From Malacoraja senta (Eukaryota), in NCBI GenBank assembly GCA_038087875.1, contig CM075977.1, positions 40,548,001 through 40,612,000 on the forward strand: a DNA stretch of 64,000 nt. The letters are read 5' to 3'. The notes under the pieces were generated by a model that had not been told where the DNA came from, made no database searches, and saw nothing but the letters and a program-made list of their open reading frames with translations. The translations under genes and the position numbers were made by a program. This document shows positions 1 through 14,149 of this stretch, piece by piece. Within the stretch, counting starts at the first letter, position 1. Every line of letters begins with the position of its first letter.

Positions 1-188
1 CTCCAGTTGCAGTGTATGTTTGACTGATCAGCGTTCCATATTTCAATTATACTTCCATGTAACATTGATTATTCAAAGCACCTTTAGAAATAAGTCAATT
101 TGTGCAATGTTGCAATGCGTCCCCTGTGAGATGCCGGCTGTGAATGTGTCTGCTGCTGTGGATCCTCCCTCCACAAGCAGACTTCCTC

Positions 189-1396
189 TTACACTCTCTG
201 CTGCATTTCAATGCGCTCACCGCATCTCATGTGTCCCTTTCCATTCAGCTCATACACAGATGTCTTCTGGTGCCTGTGCTTATAACACCAGGCGGCCAGG
301 ATTACAGCCAGGCTCAGCAGACTGACCACTGTAACAATGGTGGCTATCATGGGGCCATGGTTTGAGCTGGAGCACTCCTGGCCCCGGCAACTCCTGACTG
401 TCGGCAGCAGCTTGGCCTCAAACCCATCACTGAAGGTCCCCCTTTTGGTGAAGTCATCAAACATGTCTAGGTCTGACAAGTCTATCAAAGTCTGAGCACT
501 TGCTTCAGCCGTGACTGCAGTGTAGTGAGTTGAAAGCCCAGCCACTGCTGTGGACTCTGGGGCTTGCTCTGCAGGGTAGAGCCCTTCACTGACTGTTTCT
601 CCAGTGTCTGTGGGAGGCAGCGAGGGATCGGTAAATACATCAGAGGATTTCCATGATGTTTTGGACAATGTGCCCAGCGAAGTTGTTGTGTCGAACTCAG
701 CACCTCTACTGACACTGGCATTTTCAGGGGCTGACGTCTGGACAATATCCGCTTGTTTACTGTCTATAACTGGCAGCCCAGTTGGTGCGGTCATGGGCCG
801 AGTGTGATGATTGGCCAAAGTGCTGTTTGGAGTGCCTGTCCTGCTGATCTCCACCTGGTTCACATGGTCTGTGGTGTCGAGAGCTTCCTCTTGTGCTTCC
901 ATGGACACATCAATCTTCTCTTCCACCGTGTCTGATACAACAGGGTAACCATCCACCCAAGATTTGTTTGTCCCAGCAATTGTTTCCTTGGTAACTTTAG
1001 TCTCATTCTGCACAATGGAAGGTCCAATGGGCATGTCTTCATCTTCCCCTGTTCGCTCTCCTTCGTCTTCAGTCTTCACTGCAATTTGATTATTGCTTGC
1101 AGGGGTTAACATTTTTGACTCCACATCTGCTTTCCTGAGGTTGAGCTGCTCAACATCAGGGAATGCTTCTGAGGGGAACCAAAACAGTTGCTTCTGACTG
1201 AGTAAAGAGACCGGGGACTCATTGGGTCGCATGGTTTCTCTGCTGCCTCCTCCTATAGAGTCATCAGCCGTCTCATCTAATCCATCGTCTGGAACTTCCA
1301 CTTCTTCTTTTCCTTGTTCCTCAGCAGGGTCTGAAAATGATAGCGAGTCTTCATTGGAGAACTTGTCTTCATAGTCAATATGGCCCTCAGCTTCGT
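189..1396 (-). CDS. SUSD5: SUSD5 exon 5 (acidic/Ser-Thr stalk, transmembrane helix, cytoplasmic tail)
   Basis: Acceptor ttttccag, then DEAEGHIDYEDKF..., LLSQKQLFWFPSEAF, SWVDGYPV, TM GPMIATIVTVVSLLSLAVILAAWCY and tail TSVYELN...IEMQQRV stop. All parallel conserved SUSD5 motifs. It is in frame with the 189..1301 ORF. Confidence 0.95.
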
Positions 1397-1487
1397 CTGG
1401 AAAACAAGCAACTTCCTGGATTGAACATTCCGTGATTGAAAACAGTTTTTTATGGCATGTGGAAGGTTAACAAATTACAGGTAGTTT

Positions 1488-1750
1488 CGTTTAGAGATTA
1501 AGTGTGGAAATAGGCCCTTCATCCCACTAAGTCAATGTTGACAAGTGATCACCCAAATACAAGTTCTATCCTACACACTCAGGACAATTTACAGAAGCCA
1601 ATTAACCTACAAATCTGCACATCTTTGGAATGTGCGAAGAAGCCAGAGCACCCGGAGAAACTCACACAGGCTCAGGGAGAACCGACAAACTCAGTGCAGA
1701 CAGCACCCATAGTCACCCAATTGCCTCCCACAGCTGCTGCTAGTAATCCT
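1488..1750 (-). mobile_element. HE1/V-SINE-like element (further copies at ~2035-2330, ~7330-7520, ~30290-30480, ~34815-34985, ~36110-36250)
   Basis: The reverse complement carries the conserved core gtgggtttctccgggtgctccggtttcc...ccaaaga.gtgcagg..gtaggttaattgg typical of chondrichthyan HE1 SINEs. Confidence 0.75.
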
Positions 1751-2739
1751 CAACCCAGTGGTCACTGAAATTTGAATGGGGTTTGGATTACTGAGGAGAG
1801 AGAGAGAGTTTGCAGTGTCAGTTTGAGTTTTTCCTCCACAGGTGATCAGAACAGGCCCATGCCCCTTGTCAAAGACCACAACCTCTCCATCCCTGCACCT
1901 CCATCCCACATCTCCCATCCAATTACTCCACTCCACCCATCACCACTTGACTCCAAATATTACTGAACCGACGTCAGGCTCCACCCATGCTCCCCCAGAT
2001 ACTAACTACATCCATTGTTCTCCACATAACTTTTCTTGTTTAGAGATACAGCACAAAAATAGGCCATTTGGCCCACTGAGTCCATGCCGATCAATGATAC
2101 TCATAAACTAGCACTATCCTACACACTAGGAACAATTTACAATCTTTAACAATGCCAATTAACCTACAAACCTGTACGTCTTTGGAGTGTGGGAGGAAAC
2201 CGGAGCACCCGGGGAAAACCCAGTCGGTCACGGGGATAACATACAAACTTCGTACAGACAGCACCTGTAGTCAGGATTAAATTCAGGACTCTGGCGATGT
2301 AAGGCAGCAACTCTACCACTGCGCCACTGTACAGGCAACACTAACTTACTGGAACTGGTGAGTTCAGAGGGTCAGTAAAGGTAACGGGCTGCTGCTGGTC
2401 TTCCCTGCCCTGGACTCATACCCTGGCCATCAGAGTTAGAGTGCTCCAACAAAAAATAACTTACTCTGGCAAGGGGTGTCGCAGTCTCACTGGTATTAAC
2501 CTGATCCTCACTTTCTGGTCAGCCTCCGCAGATCCAGCTGATCTTGGTAGGGCCAAGGATCATGGATCACCAGCAATTGAAGTCAGGCACCAATATTAGA
2601 AAAAAAAAAGGAATAACGAAACTAATCAGCAAGTCAGGCAGCATCTGTGAAGCAGGGTTAATGGTTCTGATCCATGATCTTTCAGCAAACATCGATGAAT
2701 TGATGAAACGTGGTTCACTCTTGTACTTGATAATATCTG

Positions 2740-3296
<557 letters not shown>

Positions 3297-5155
3297 TTAC
3301 AATAATAAAACACACACAGGTCAATTTTATCTCATCCTCAGATTTTAACCCACCCGTCTTTGGGAATTATGGTCCTTCAACACCTCAAATTAGTGACTGG
3401 TCCATACCCTATAGTTTTATCAGTGGTTAAGAACCTCAGTCATGCTGTTCCCTACTAAATGGTAAATGCATGTCAGAGTCTCAGATATCTCAATTAAACC
3501 GTGAAACACTGCACAGGGAAGTCATACACCAGGATTATAAATGATTTGGCCTTGAATGAAATAACCTGTACAAAGACATGATGTTTTAGGTTTGCAGTGC
3601 AGATAGTGCCTCCTTTCTGTGCTGTGGCAATCAGAACTGTACACAATATTCTAAGGGCTCCAGCTTCTATCTACGTCCAAGTATCAGGAAATTTATCTTC
3701 TCATGTTTTTAGCAAAAGTGTTATTCTGCTGATAACATTTTTTCTAGTGGTAAAATGATTTCAGCATCAGACATCATGTCTAGTGGTAAAATGGCGTCAG
3801 CACCAAAGCTTCATGTGCATCTTCAACTTCACTGCTGGAAGTTAACAGAACAATTAGCTTTTATTAACCCTGCTTCCCCTGAAACTGATGCTTAATTGTC
3901 CACCTCTCGAACTACATTGTGAGATGTATGAACTGGTACTATCTCAAATACAAAGTCACATATGTGTGCTTTGCCAGTTCTCCCCCAAGGAGATAAGGGT
4001 TACAACTATCCGCTGCTTCCTAGTCTCATGATCACTCCAAGTCACAGCTGATCTTTACCCAATTTCATTTGATGTTCATTGCTGCATTAGGGGAGGTCAC
4101 CCTAACTCCATACTGAGTGAGAGGCAGATTCCTCTACTTTTCCCTCACTTCACGGCAGATGGTGGAGTGGACATGGACTTCTCCTCCATTGAGATGGGTC
4201 CCAGTGGCTCCTTCTGGCTCCCAGTCAACCACCTGCCCAAATGCCTTGCTGTGGCAAATTGCATTCATATTTCACTCCCAAGCAGCCTGGCTCTAAGCTT
4301 ATGATATACCCACCACTCCCCCCTCCCCTCACACCAGCATCCCATTCTCAATCCCTCCCAGCACATTACACTGAGATGGAACTGAAAAACAAGAATGTAA
4401 GAAACTGTTGGATAACCCCTCAAACTGCTCCTCTACTCAGTAAGATCATAGCTGATCTGATCCTAGCCTCAGCTCCACTTTTCTGTCTAATTCTCATGAT
4501 CCTTGAATCAGCTGCAATCAAAAACCTTGTATATTCTCTTCTCTATTGTTCCTACTGTACCTGCAATTTCAAATCTTTGCACATTGAAAAACCATGATTG
4601 AACCCAGTCTCCTAAATGCAAGTGAAAACAGCCTGTTTGCACACCTGAAGCCCCACTGAGTGTGCTGCTTCTGTTGTAGCTAATTACTCCTCCAGAGGCC
4701 CAGTCCCGCATCCACAGAGAGGCTCAGTACATTCCATAGCAAAAGCCCAATTGTCAGGTTAGCTATCAGTGAGATGTTCAAAGTAAAAGCAGGACCTACT
4801 TTATTTCATAACTTTTTGCTTGATGTAATTTTATTTTTAGACCTTTCTCACCATTTCCAATAAATAACGAAACATCAGTATGGTATCCCAACTGCACATT
4901 TCTAACCAGTTCTAGACTCATCAGCCTTGCAAACACTGAGGTTCTATCTAAATCCTATCCTACACAGGTTCTGGGCTCCCAGCATTGCTTAGAACAACCT
5001 GAACTTGCTTTTCATGTTCTCTGTTACCTCTGTCCATTTCAATCTAAACACACTCATCAAAGATATTCATTTGTAAATCCTTTTCATTAAAATATATGGT
5101 TTGAAACAACTCCGTAAGCATTAGAGGTTGTTCCCTCGTTAAATACAACGCTAAC

Positions 5156-5271
5156 CTTGGTCTTTAATGCAGAAGGAATCGTATCGACCACCTGAGGAAG
5201 CTGATTCCGTTTTCACATGGATATTTTGTCTATCTTGTTGGCCAAAGCCCATGTCACTGCACACAGTCGAT
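5156..5271 (-). CDS. SUSD5: SUSD5 exon 3 (end of Link domain)
   Basis: 116 nt between acceptor ttcattcag and donor gttagc. It reads STVCSDMGFGQQDRQNIHVKTESASSGGRYDSFCIKDQ, compared with human TTVCSKGSGEQQ...GGTYSALCIKDE. Phases 2 to 1 are consistent. Confidence 0.92.
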
Positions 5272-5839
5272 CTGAATGAAACAGAATTAATGTATTTCCT
5301 CAGTGATTTGTTACACTTTGAACCTGTTACACTTTGTTACAATTTGCATTCAACTAGGTTTTTTTAAACTTTTAAGCTATCTTTAACAGTCTCAACCTGG
5401 CTTGAACTAATTGAATCCTTCCTACATCCCCAAGTCATGCTGCAAAGTTAATTGGCTGCTGTAAAATGGAAATCAGACAGTTGGTATGAAGCCAATGGGC
5501 CAGTTGACCTTTTTCCATTTCTTAGTAAATATGTGCATGGACTTGACACCATTCTTGACAAAAACTCTTGGATCCAAACCATTAACTCCTCTTGTAAAAA
5601 GATGCTACACAAGTGTGTCTAGAATGTGAAAATCATGAAAACTGCAGATGCTGGAAATATAACATAGAAAATAGAAAATGCTGAAAATACTTAGTGTGTC
5701 AGGCCACTTCTGTGGGAAGAGAAACAGAGCTAGTGTTTCTAGATGAAGAGTCTTCAGCAAACAACCTGATACAACCTGACAGTCAGTATTTCCAGCATTT
5801 TCTGTCTTTCTTTCCAGAAAATTATATTTTTACCCCAGT

Positions 5840-6252
5840 TCACGCAATGGATGAGAGGGGATCTTATTGAAACATATAAGATTATAAAGAGTTTGGACAT
5901 GCTAGAGGCAGGAAACATGTTCCTGATGTTGGGGAGTCCAGAGCCAGGGGCCAAAAAAATAAGGGTTTAAGAATAAGGGTTAAGCCATTTGGAACGGAGA
6001 TGAGGAAACGCTTTTTCACACAGAGAGTTGAGAGTGTGTGGAATTCTCTGCCTCGGAGGGTGGTGGAGGCTGGTTCTCCGGATGCTTTCAAGAGAGAGCT
6101 AGATAGGGCTCTTAAAGATAGCGGAGTCAGGAGATGGGGAGAAGGCAGGAACGGGGTACTGATTGGGGATGATCAGCCATGATCACATTGAATGGCGGTG
6201 CTGGCTCGAAGGGCCGACTGACCTACTCCTGCACCTATTGTCTATTGTCTAT
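5840..6252 (+). mobile_element. CR1 3' fragment with (CTATTGT)n tail in SUSD5 intron 2
   Basis: MRGDLIETYKI...FFTQRV..WNSLP..VVEA, plus the conserved 3'UTR and tail. Confidence 0.9.
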
Positions 6253-9200
6253 AATGTTTTCTTCACTTGACCTTCCATAATGAGGCTCCACTGAAATCCT
6301 AAAAGCATAAGAATGTAAGTAAATAGAACAGGGAAGACCCATCAGCCACTCAAGCCTGCCCCACCACTCATTTTATCTGCCCCAAGACTCCGCTTCAGTG
6401 TCAATTCCCTATGACTGTAAATTCCCTAATCTTTCAAAAATGTACCTACTTCGTCATTAAATACTTCTAATGACGTATGTTCCATGATCTTCTGCAGCAT
6501 AAAATCCCAGAGGTTTGTCAATCTGTGAGAAGTTCCTACACACACTTAGATGTCCACCCCCAATCCTTTAACCATGTCCCCTTGTCTAAGACTCTTTCCT
6601 AATAGAAATATCTTGGCATCCATCCTGTGAAGTTCATGAAGCATCTTATATGATTAAATAATTCACAGATAGGGGAATAAAATCTAATTCCCCTGAATTC
6701 CAAAGATATAGATCTAATTTCTTTAACCACTTGTGATCCAACAGCCCTCTCAGGAATCAGCCTAGTAAATCTCTTTTGGATTGCTTCCAGTGCCTGTATA
6801 TTCTTCCATAAATAAAGGATCCATTAAAGAAGTTGGTGCCTTGCCACTCTTCCCTATGTAGCCATCCCACTGAGAGAAGTAAAGATTCCTCTGGGATTTG
6901 TCTAGTGACGATTTAATAGAAACTTGAAGTGGAACAAAATATTCATTATGCTTGGATTCTTCCTTACCTAACTATAGAGACATTGACATGACTGCATAAA
7001 GAAAAATATAGATCCCAGAAACTTGCCTTAGGTGAGAAACAAAATTCCAGTTTGGGCACAAAATTCTCTTGAATATATTCCAAGAAGGCTGGTGACATGA
7101 CTTTGCATCCCCAACTGTCTCACCTTCTAACTTTCACTATTGCTTTCTCTTAACTAAATGATTACAATATAAAAATGGGGCAATTTGGCCCATCAGCCTC
7201 ATGCTGGCTCTGAGCAGAAAAATCTCATTTCCTTTTTCTTATTTCTTAGTATGCACATAACTTTATGCTCTGTCACCCGTGGTGCTCCATATTCCCTTTT
7301 TTCTTTTCCAACTTCCTTATGTGGGGATAATTTACAGGGACATTTAACCTCCCAGCAAATCTGTGCAACATGGGAGGTAAATTGAACACCAGGAGGAAAC
7401 ACATGCCATCACTGGGGGAACGTGCTAGCTTCACCCGGACACCACCAGGAAGTCAGGATCAAAGCCAGGTCAATGGAGCCATAAGTGAGTAGCCCTTCTT
7501 GCTGCATGACTGCGCCACTCAACCATGCATCCTCAGGTCCCCGTCTGGTCCCCATATTTAGAAAGCATTCATTATTCTGCTGGATGATGTATCCACATCA
7601 GTCGAACACTATTATTATATAAGGCCAATAGAAGTGCTAAACAACAAAAATATTGACACCTGGAGTTGCACGCAGCAAGTCCAGGCGGCTAATCCTTAAT
7701 TCGGGAACATTTTAAGACTATTCCAAGTGATGGGAAATATAGATTCCTTGTTGTATCTCATGGCTTCCCACCAGAACTTGGCAGGAAATCTGGCAGATAC
7801 GTCGAGGTGTGTCCCAGTGATGGCATGTGTTTCCTCCTGGTGTCCACGGGAGGGAAATGGGAGATTGCTCAAGTAGTTATGTCGCTGAGCATTTTTCGGT
7901 GTTTTTGGAGGGAGTCACTGGAGGGTTTCACATCAGGTGGGAGATGATTCAAGGTACTTTCTCTAATGGGGGGTGGGGTGGGGGGGTGTTATGGGTGAAG
8001 GACATGACCTTCCAGAGATGAAATCTGCAAACTCCATATCCCACAGAGGCTGCAGAGGCAGGTCAGGACAGAAGTAGAGCTTACTTTTCTGCTTTGTACC
8101 TGCTTCTGTACAGCCACTCAACTACAGCTGCTCCTTCCAGGATCACTGCTAGCCAAGTCTTAATTTCACCTTCCAAACATGCTCTCTGCCCCAGTCTCAG
8201 TGTACATGTTTACCATCCACATGACTTTGGTGTCAGATTGAGCTATTTGTACATTTCTTTAGAGGAAACTATTCAACTATTCAGATCTGACACAACTAAC
8301 AGAGGTGAAATGTCCATCAGACTAATTCACTGGCACACTCGAACTTTCACAATAAGAAATTCTGTCGGATCTAAGGTTACAATCTAATTCAAAATCCAGA
8401 ATAGTTTTGATGGAATTATTAAGTAGCAGTATTTCTATTGGAAGAAATGTCATTCACCAGAGAAGGCAGAATTAATGTTATTACCAAAACAAGCAGATAA
8501 AGGTTAAGGAGAAGTATATTGTGACTGCTATGAGAATAAGCCTGACCTCTGACACCAAAGAAACCACCCATTGTGAACATTTTCCGAGAAATGTGACTGA
8601 CTGATCAGAGATTGGTCCGACCCACAAAACCTGTACACATCTTAGAGCTGTTCACAATCTGACAACTAGATATTGTCAGATGGCCAAGGAATCATTGAAA
8701 TATTCTCAAGAAATTGGGGGTTTATTCAGCTTCTAGATCTGTTTTCATGAGAGTTTTCAATGCTTGACAGCAAACAGAAAACGTTGACACAGTTTTAGAT
8801 GTTTGACCAGATCTCTCCAGCCTTGGCAGAATATAACAGGTCACTTTTGTTTTTCAAGTAAAGAGGTAGCCTGCCACCAGAATTTAATTTAAAATGTTAT
8901 TGGCAAGGTAAGATTATTCCCTACATAAACACAGCATGTAAATAATGTAAACTGGAAATGCACGCTGCCTTGGATCTGATTCCACTTTTTTCTGATATTA
9001 GAATGACAAAATTGTGGATATGTGATACTATTCTCCGTCATTGCCCATTCTATTAAATCTAAAAATGAGTTCATTTCTCACTACATAAATAACATTCCAA
9101 GATTGAGGACTCAATGATAGGCACGATGTAGGAAGAACTGAGATGGCATTGACATGTTGGTGAGTCACATTAACGGCTTATGGAGCAATAAAAATTACAG

Positions 9201-9599
9201 TGGTATTTTGTGCTGTCATCACAGGACATCTTCAGATAGGATCTAAATACTGATGAGGACATTATCACTTTGCTGATTTTCATCCAACAGTGTTAAGAGT
9301 TGACACTGAAAAACATTGTGCTGAGACTGAAGAACATGAGGCTATTCAGTCACTGTCGATACATTTGGCACTTACTAGTCCAGAGCTAGTGATCAACTTT
9401 ATTCACATGAACAATGAAATAATTTATCTTCTATTAAACAACTGTGCACAACTCTGCTTCGTTATTTCAGACACCAGTCTGAAGAAGGGCCTCAACCCCA
9501 AAACATCACCTATTCCTTCTCTCCAGAGATGCTGCCTGTCCCGCTGAGTTACTCCAGCTTTTTGTGTCTATCTTCAGGAGATTACATCCTATGCATTGT

Positions 9600-10460
9600 T
9601 CGTACACTGGAGTATGATTACCCCACATCACTGGTGATGCATTAATGCAGCAATCCCATGCATCAGTGATGCATTAATGCATGGCCATTCCATATCACGG
9701 GCTGCTTCATTTGCTGAGGAGCTGTGAGTGGAATTGAACATTGTTCAATCATCAAGGAACATCCCCACCTTTGATCCTGTGATTGTAGAAAGGTCATTAA
9801 TGTTGTTGAAGATGACTGGGCCTGCTTGGGCAGAGGATGCTGCCCCGAACAACACTGCAGTGATGTCCTCAAGGTGCAATAACTGACTCTGAAACCCACA
9901 ACTTCTGTGTCAATTATATAACTTCAACCTTTGATGACCATGATTTTACCAAGGGACCTTGTTACTACACTTCTTCAAATGCTGCCTTGGTGTCAGGGGC
10001 AGTCGCTCTCTCCTTAACTTAGATCTCGGGTCATCATTTTGACCAAGACTGTGATGAGTTCTGGAGCTGGGAGGTCCTGGTGAAACACAAACTGGGTATC
10101 TGTGAGCAGGTTATTGGTGAGAAGGCACTGGGTGATAGCACTGTTCATTACTTTGCTGATACTGAATGTGGACTGATTGAGCTGATTTGTTTGTGAACAA
10201 GACATTTCTCTACAACTTTTTACATTGTTGGATAGAGCCAATTTTAACTGTACAGGAAGAACGTGGATGAGTTGCGGGTAATTCTGGAGCACCGGTCTCC
10301 AGGACTACAGTAGCGATGTTATCTGGTCCCAGAGCCTTTGGTGCATATCAAATGAGGTGAATGAAATTGGCTGGAGACCAGTCTCTATGTTGTTTGATCT
10401 CAGAAAGATCTCATAAAACATGGCACCTCTGGCTCAAGATGATTGCAATTCTCGTGACAC
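9600..10460 (-). mobile_element. Old degenerate LINE RT fragment (CR1/L2 group) in SUSD5 intron 2
   Basis: Minus-strand remnant GPVIFNNINDL...KVGMFLDD resembles the GP.LF..INDL...FADD motifs. Confidence 0.5.
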
Positions 10461-10612
10461 TTGACCATTCATGTATTGCACTGTGATAGATGGAATGGAG
10501 CTCTTCAGACTCACTAGAACTCCAAGCCCTTGGATCTCCAGAGATCTTTGTCACATTGCTTGGACTTGGTGTTTCTCCAACACCAGTTATTCGCCAACTA
10601 ACTTTGCCTTAC

Positions 10613-10790
10613 CCGATTTGATTGTCTGCAATCCAGCCTGAGGTACATTCTGTGAATGCACATTCATCCACTGCTCTCTGCAGCTCTTCAGCTGTGGCTA
10701 AGCGTGCCCCCTGCTCCTCGCACAGTCCCTGGGCTGCAGAGATGTCCCATTGCATCTTTCCATTCTTCGGATGGAGTACAAACATTCTGC
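10613..10790 (-). CDS. SUSD5: SUSD5 exon 2 (Link/hyaluronan-binding domain, first part)
   Basis: 178 nt between acceptor cacag and donor gtaagg. It translates (G)RMFVLHPKNGKMQWDISAAQGLCEEQGARLATAEELQRAVDECAFTECTSGWIADNQIG, which resembles human KFFVLESQNG...[30 protein letters not shown]. Phases 1 to 2 are consistent. Confidence 0.93.
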
Positions 10791-12799
10791 CTGTGATGAG
10801 AAAAGCAACAAGTAGTGTCCCATTTCACATCCATGAGCTGGGTGAGAATCATCCCCAAACCCCAACCCCTCTGTCCATCTCTAATATTTCTGCCCAACCT
10901 ATATGCCCATCTACAATCCCTCTACCCAATGCCAATCCCTCTTCTCATCTCCAATCCGTCTGCCCATCTCCAAACTCTGCCCAACTTTGCAGCATGATCC
11001 CAGTCCCTCATGCCCATCCTCACTGTGTCTTGCGTCACTTTAGCCTCTTTTGTATAACCACCTCTGCCATTTGCTCTTAAATCTGTTTTAATCGGTGTTG
11101 GTCGAGAGTCCACATAATCTCCCAACCTCTCACGTCATCCCACCTTTAAATTTTACCTCAGCTTCACAGTTGTGGCCCCTGAGCCTGGTCCTGCAACCAA
11201 CGGACCAATGGAAATGACATCACCAATAATCAGATTTCTTTTTTACATGTTTTATTCTGAAATAATAGGCATGTTCAACGCATTACCTACGTTTGTGATT
11301 CAGAGGTGGTGGATTCAGGTCCTACTCGATCTACATTTTTACTCACAATCGTTGCTACAATCCGCGCAGCCCAGAGAGGGAGGCACTGTGTTCTCTCGGG
11401 CGCACGGAAAGTGACAACGCAGTGGTTTTCTTAAGCACAACAAGAGACCGTAGGAGGTGATTAGTACTTCGTAGCGATGCTGACACACATCAAGCGCACC
11501 CCCCCCCCCCCCCCATTGTTAAACGTTGGGGTATCCCGTGACGATGAACGATGCTGTGAAAATGGTTCTTTCTATTTCACAGACGAAGCTCACCACTCGT
11601 ATTTTTGTTCTCTCTCAGTTAAAGTGTTTTTTTTTGTCATTTAAGATTCAAAATGAAATTGCGGCATAAAAAGTAGCAAGTACACAATCTGTGTAAATAT
11701 TTGAATTGGCAACATGTAACGGTCGAATGCAAACTTCGTCAGTCTATTCCCTCCACAGATGCTGTCTGACCCGCTGTTCCTTCTGCACTTTGTTTTTTAT
11801 TGTGCTCAGTTATTTTAGTGCGTGTAAAAACAGGTTAGCAATCTCCCAAGCTCTTCGTAAACCGATTTAATTCTCATTATCCCTTTCAAATATGAAGAAA
11901 CGCTTGGAAGAGTTCAACACAAGTAGATTCTAATCATAAATTTCCCTAAATCAATCCCTACCTTATTTTTTTTAACTCCAGAGGTTTACATTAACATACA
12001 AACTTATCTGAAAATAGACAGAAAGGCACAAAAAGCTGGAGTAACAGCGGATCAGGCAGCATCTCTGGAGAAAGGGAATAGGTGGCGTTTCAGATTGAGA
12101 CCCTTTTTCAGACTAAGTCAGGGGGAAAGGCGTTTTCTGAAAGACGCGGCCGCACAATTCAGGAATGAAGGATTGTTATGGGCAACATAGCAGGCCACCA
12201 GAGTTGGCATGGTGGAGAGGAAGATTTGCAGAGACCAGCGACAATATATCATCGGAGCTAGATGTATGGGTCCACGGGTAAAGATGGGAAGCTCGCCTTA
12301 ATTCGAGAGCAGAGTGCTGTGACACTCCGGCGGGTGGGTGGAAAGGATTCAACTGATTAATTTCTGTTCAGCGTGGATTGGGTTTGGAGTTTAGAGACAC
12401 GCCCGTCCTGGGGTCGCGGGAGGACAGAACCGATTTAAGGAGTAGAATCGGCCGCGATGTTCCCGTGCTCTGGGCTATATACATTTTGTGATTGTATTAA
12501 ACAGCAACAAGTCTGGATTGGGTGCCGGGGTGAGTGAGAGAGGGCAGGACTGTGTGGAGAGAAGCGGAGTCAACGTTTCTGGACCAAGACCCTTGGTCAC
12601 AACAGTACCTAAACTATTTACTCTATTAACTATTAACAATTACATGTCTCTACCTAAACTATTAACTATGTTTCCCTCTCCACAGATGCTGGCCAGCCTG
12701 TTGAATGTTTCCAGCATTTTCTGATTTTTTTCATTTCAGATACCCAGCATCTGTTGCCAGTTTTGCTTTTTTTTTCGGATGGATGGATCCAAGGGATGG

Positions 12800-13545
12800 A
12801 ATCGGTTCCGCGATGTGCAGAGATTGGAGTCGCTGCCGTTATTCTCGGGAGTGAAATCATTTAAAACGCCACCTGAGTTGGGTGTATCGTTAACGCTCCC
12901 GATGGTCCTGAGTGCGTCGGCCAATTGACCAACGCGACGCGCCCCACGGGGAATTCACCTCTAGACAAGGGACAGAGGCGGTCAAAACGACCGGGAACGG
13001 CGAAAGACACAGAGTGAAGCGACCGGACACGGAGCCGGGAAAGAGGCGCAATTTCCCGCGGTGAGTTGCTGGGATCCGGGAGCTTTGACACCATTAATGT
13101 AATAACAATCTCACCCAGCCGATCCCATAGCCGAGCCCCGAGTACCCAACACCTCCCAAATACCGCGTAACTTGTCACATTATGGTCAAGGAGCTTGCCG
13201 CTCACAAACCCAGCGGTGTAGGTGCGGACTGACCGTGCGCTCGGACCCCGGCGCCGTTGACCAGGAGAAGCCAAGCCACTCTGAGGAGGAGCGAGTGCGA
13301 GCATGGAGCCATCGACAGGAGGCCAGCCGGTGGCAGAGAGCGAGTCCCGGGCACACACAGCAAGCAGACGGGCGGCAAGAGAGGGAGGGAAGCAGCTACG
13401 AGCTGGCCTGGCTGGAGAGGGAGTGCGGGCGGGGCGGGCTGGCGGCCGCTTTATCGACAGGAGCTGCTGTGAAAAGTCGCACCAGCGCGTCAACAAACAG
13501 GCAGGCGGCGCGGGAGGGACGCCGACAGTTCCTCCAACAGACTGA
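12800..13545 (-). promoter_or_regulatory. CpG/GC-rich promoter and first-exon island of SUSD5
   Basis: Dense CpG and GC-box-like GGGCGGGG motifs (13428-13440) surround exon 1, in contrast to the AT-rich flanks. Boundaries are approximate. Confidence 0.6.
13234..13312 (-). CDS. SUSD5: SUSD5 coding exon 1 (signal peptide)
   Basis: The minus strand reads MAPCSHSLLLRVAWLLLVNGAGVRAH+G, followed by a phase-1 donor gtcagt. The ending parallels human SUSD5 exon 1 (SVRADG). It lies in a CpG-rich region and is not in the supplied ORF track. Confidence 0.85.
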
Positions 13546-14149
13546 TTTTAGTATCTGATTCATGGTATCACCTACAGGATTCAGCTAATGTGTATACCCG
13601 CTCAGTTTATCCGTTGCAGTGTATGTTGGAGGCTGTTGGACACAGAATTGCACTTACAATATAATTGGCATAAGGCATAATATCAGGTACACAGTGTCCG
13701 ATATAGTGTATAAGGTAGAGAGTATAACGCTTACCATACCATGGGCAGTAACCTGGCACTGGGTATCAGCATCAAGATACGATTAACATGGATTATATTT
13801 TGGTTATCAGGGCAACAATTTCAGTGTGTCAGGCACACAAGAGATTCCTGGGACACTGGAACTGCTTCTGGGGAAGGTGGGTCTTGTGCAAGTGAAACTG
13901 GGATGATGTTCTTGCAGGATTGTTTGCAATGGGGTTTACACCTCCCATCCCAGGCAAAATTGGGAGACCGGGCGGGGGCGGGGGCGGGGGCGGGGGGGGG
14001 GGAGCAAGGACATAATACAAGGTGGAAATACGGGTAAATAAAAGAGACAATTAGGGCAACAATACAAAGCACAATGTAAGATGATTAAAAATTAAAGTTA
14101 AACCAAAAGTGCAGAAACATTAGTAATAAGGTAGATGGAAGAACAGCAA

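Noticed and set aside
4508-4711. Initial candidate for SUSD5 exon 3
   Set aside because: No frame matches the Link-domain end. The true exon is at 5156-5271.
12861-13496. 211-aa minus-strand ORF over the SUSD5 promoter
   Set aside because: It is a GC-rich chance ORF. The real exon 1 (13234-13312) is in a different frame, with a proper signal peptide and splice donor.
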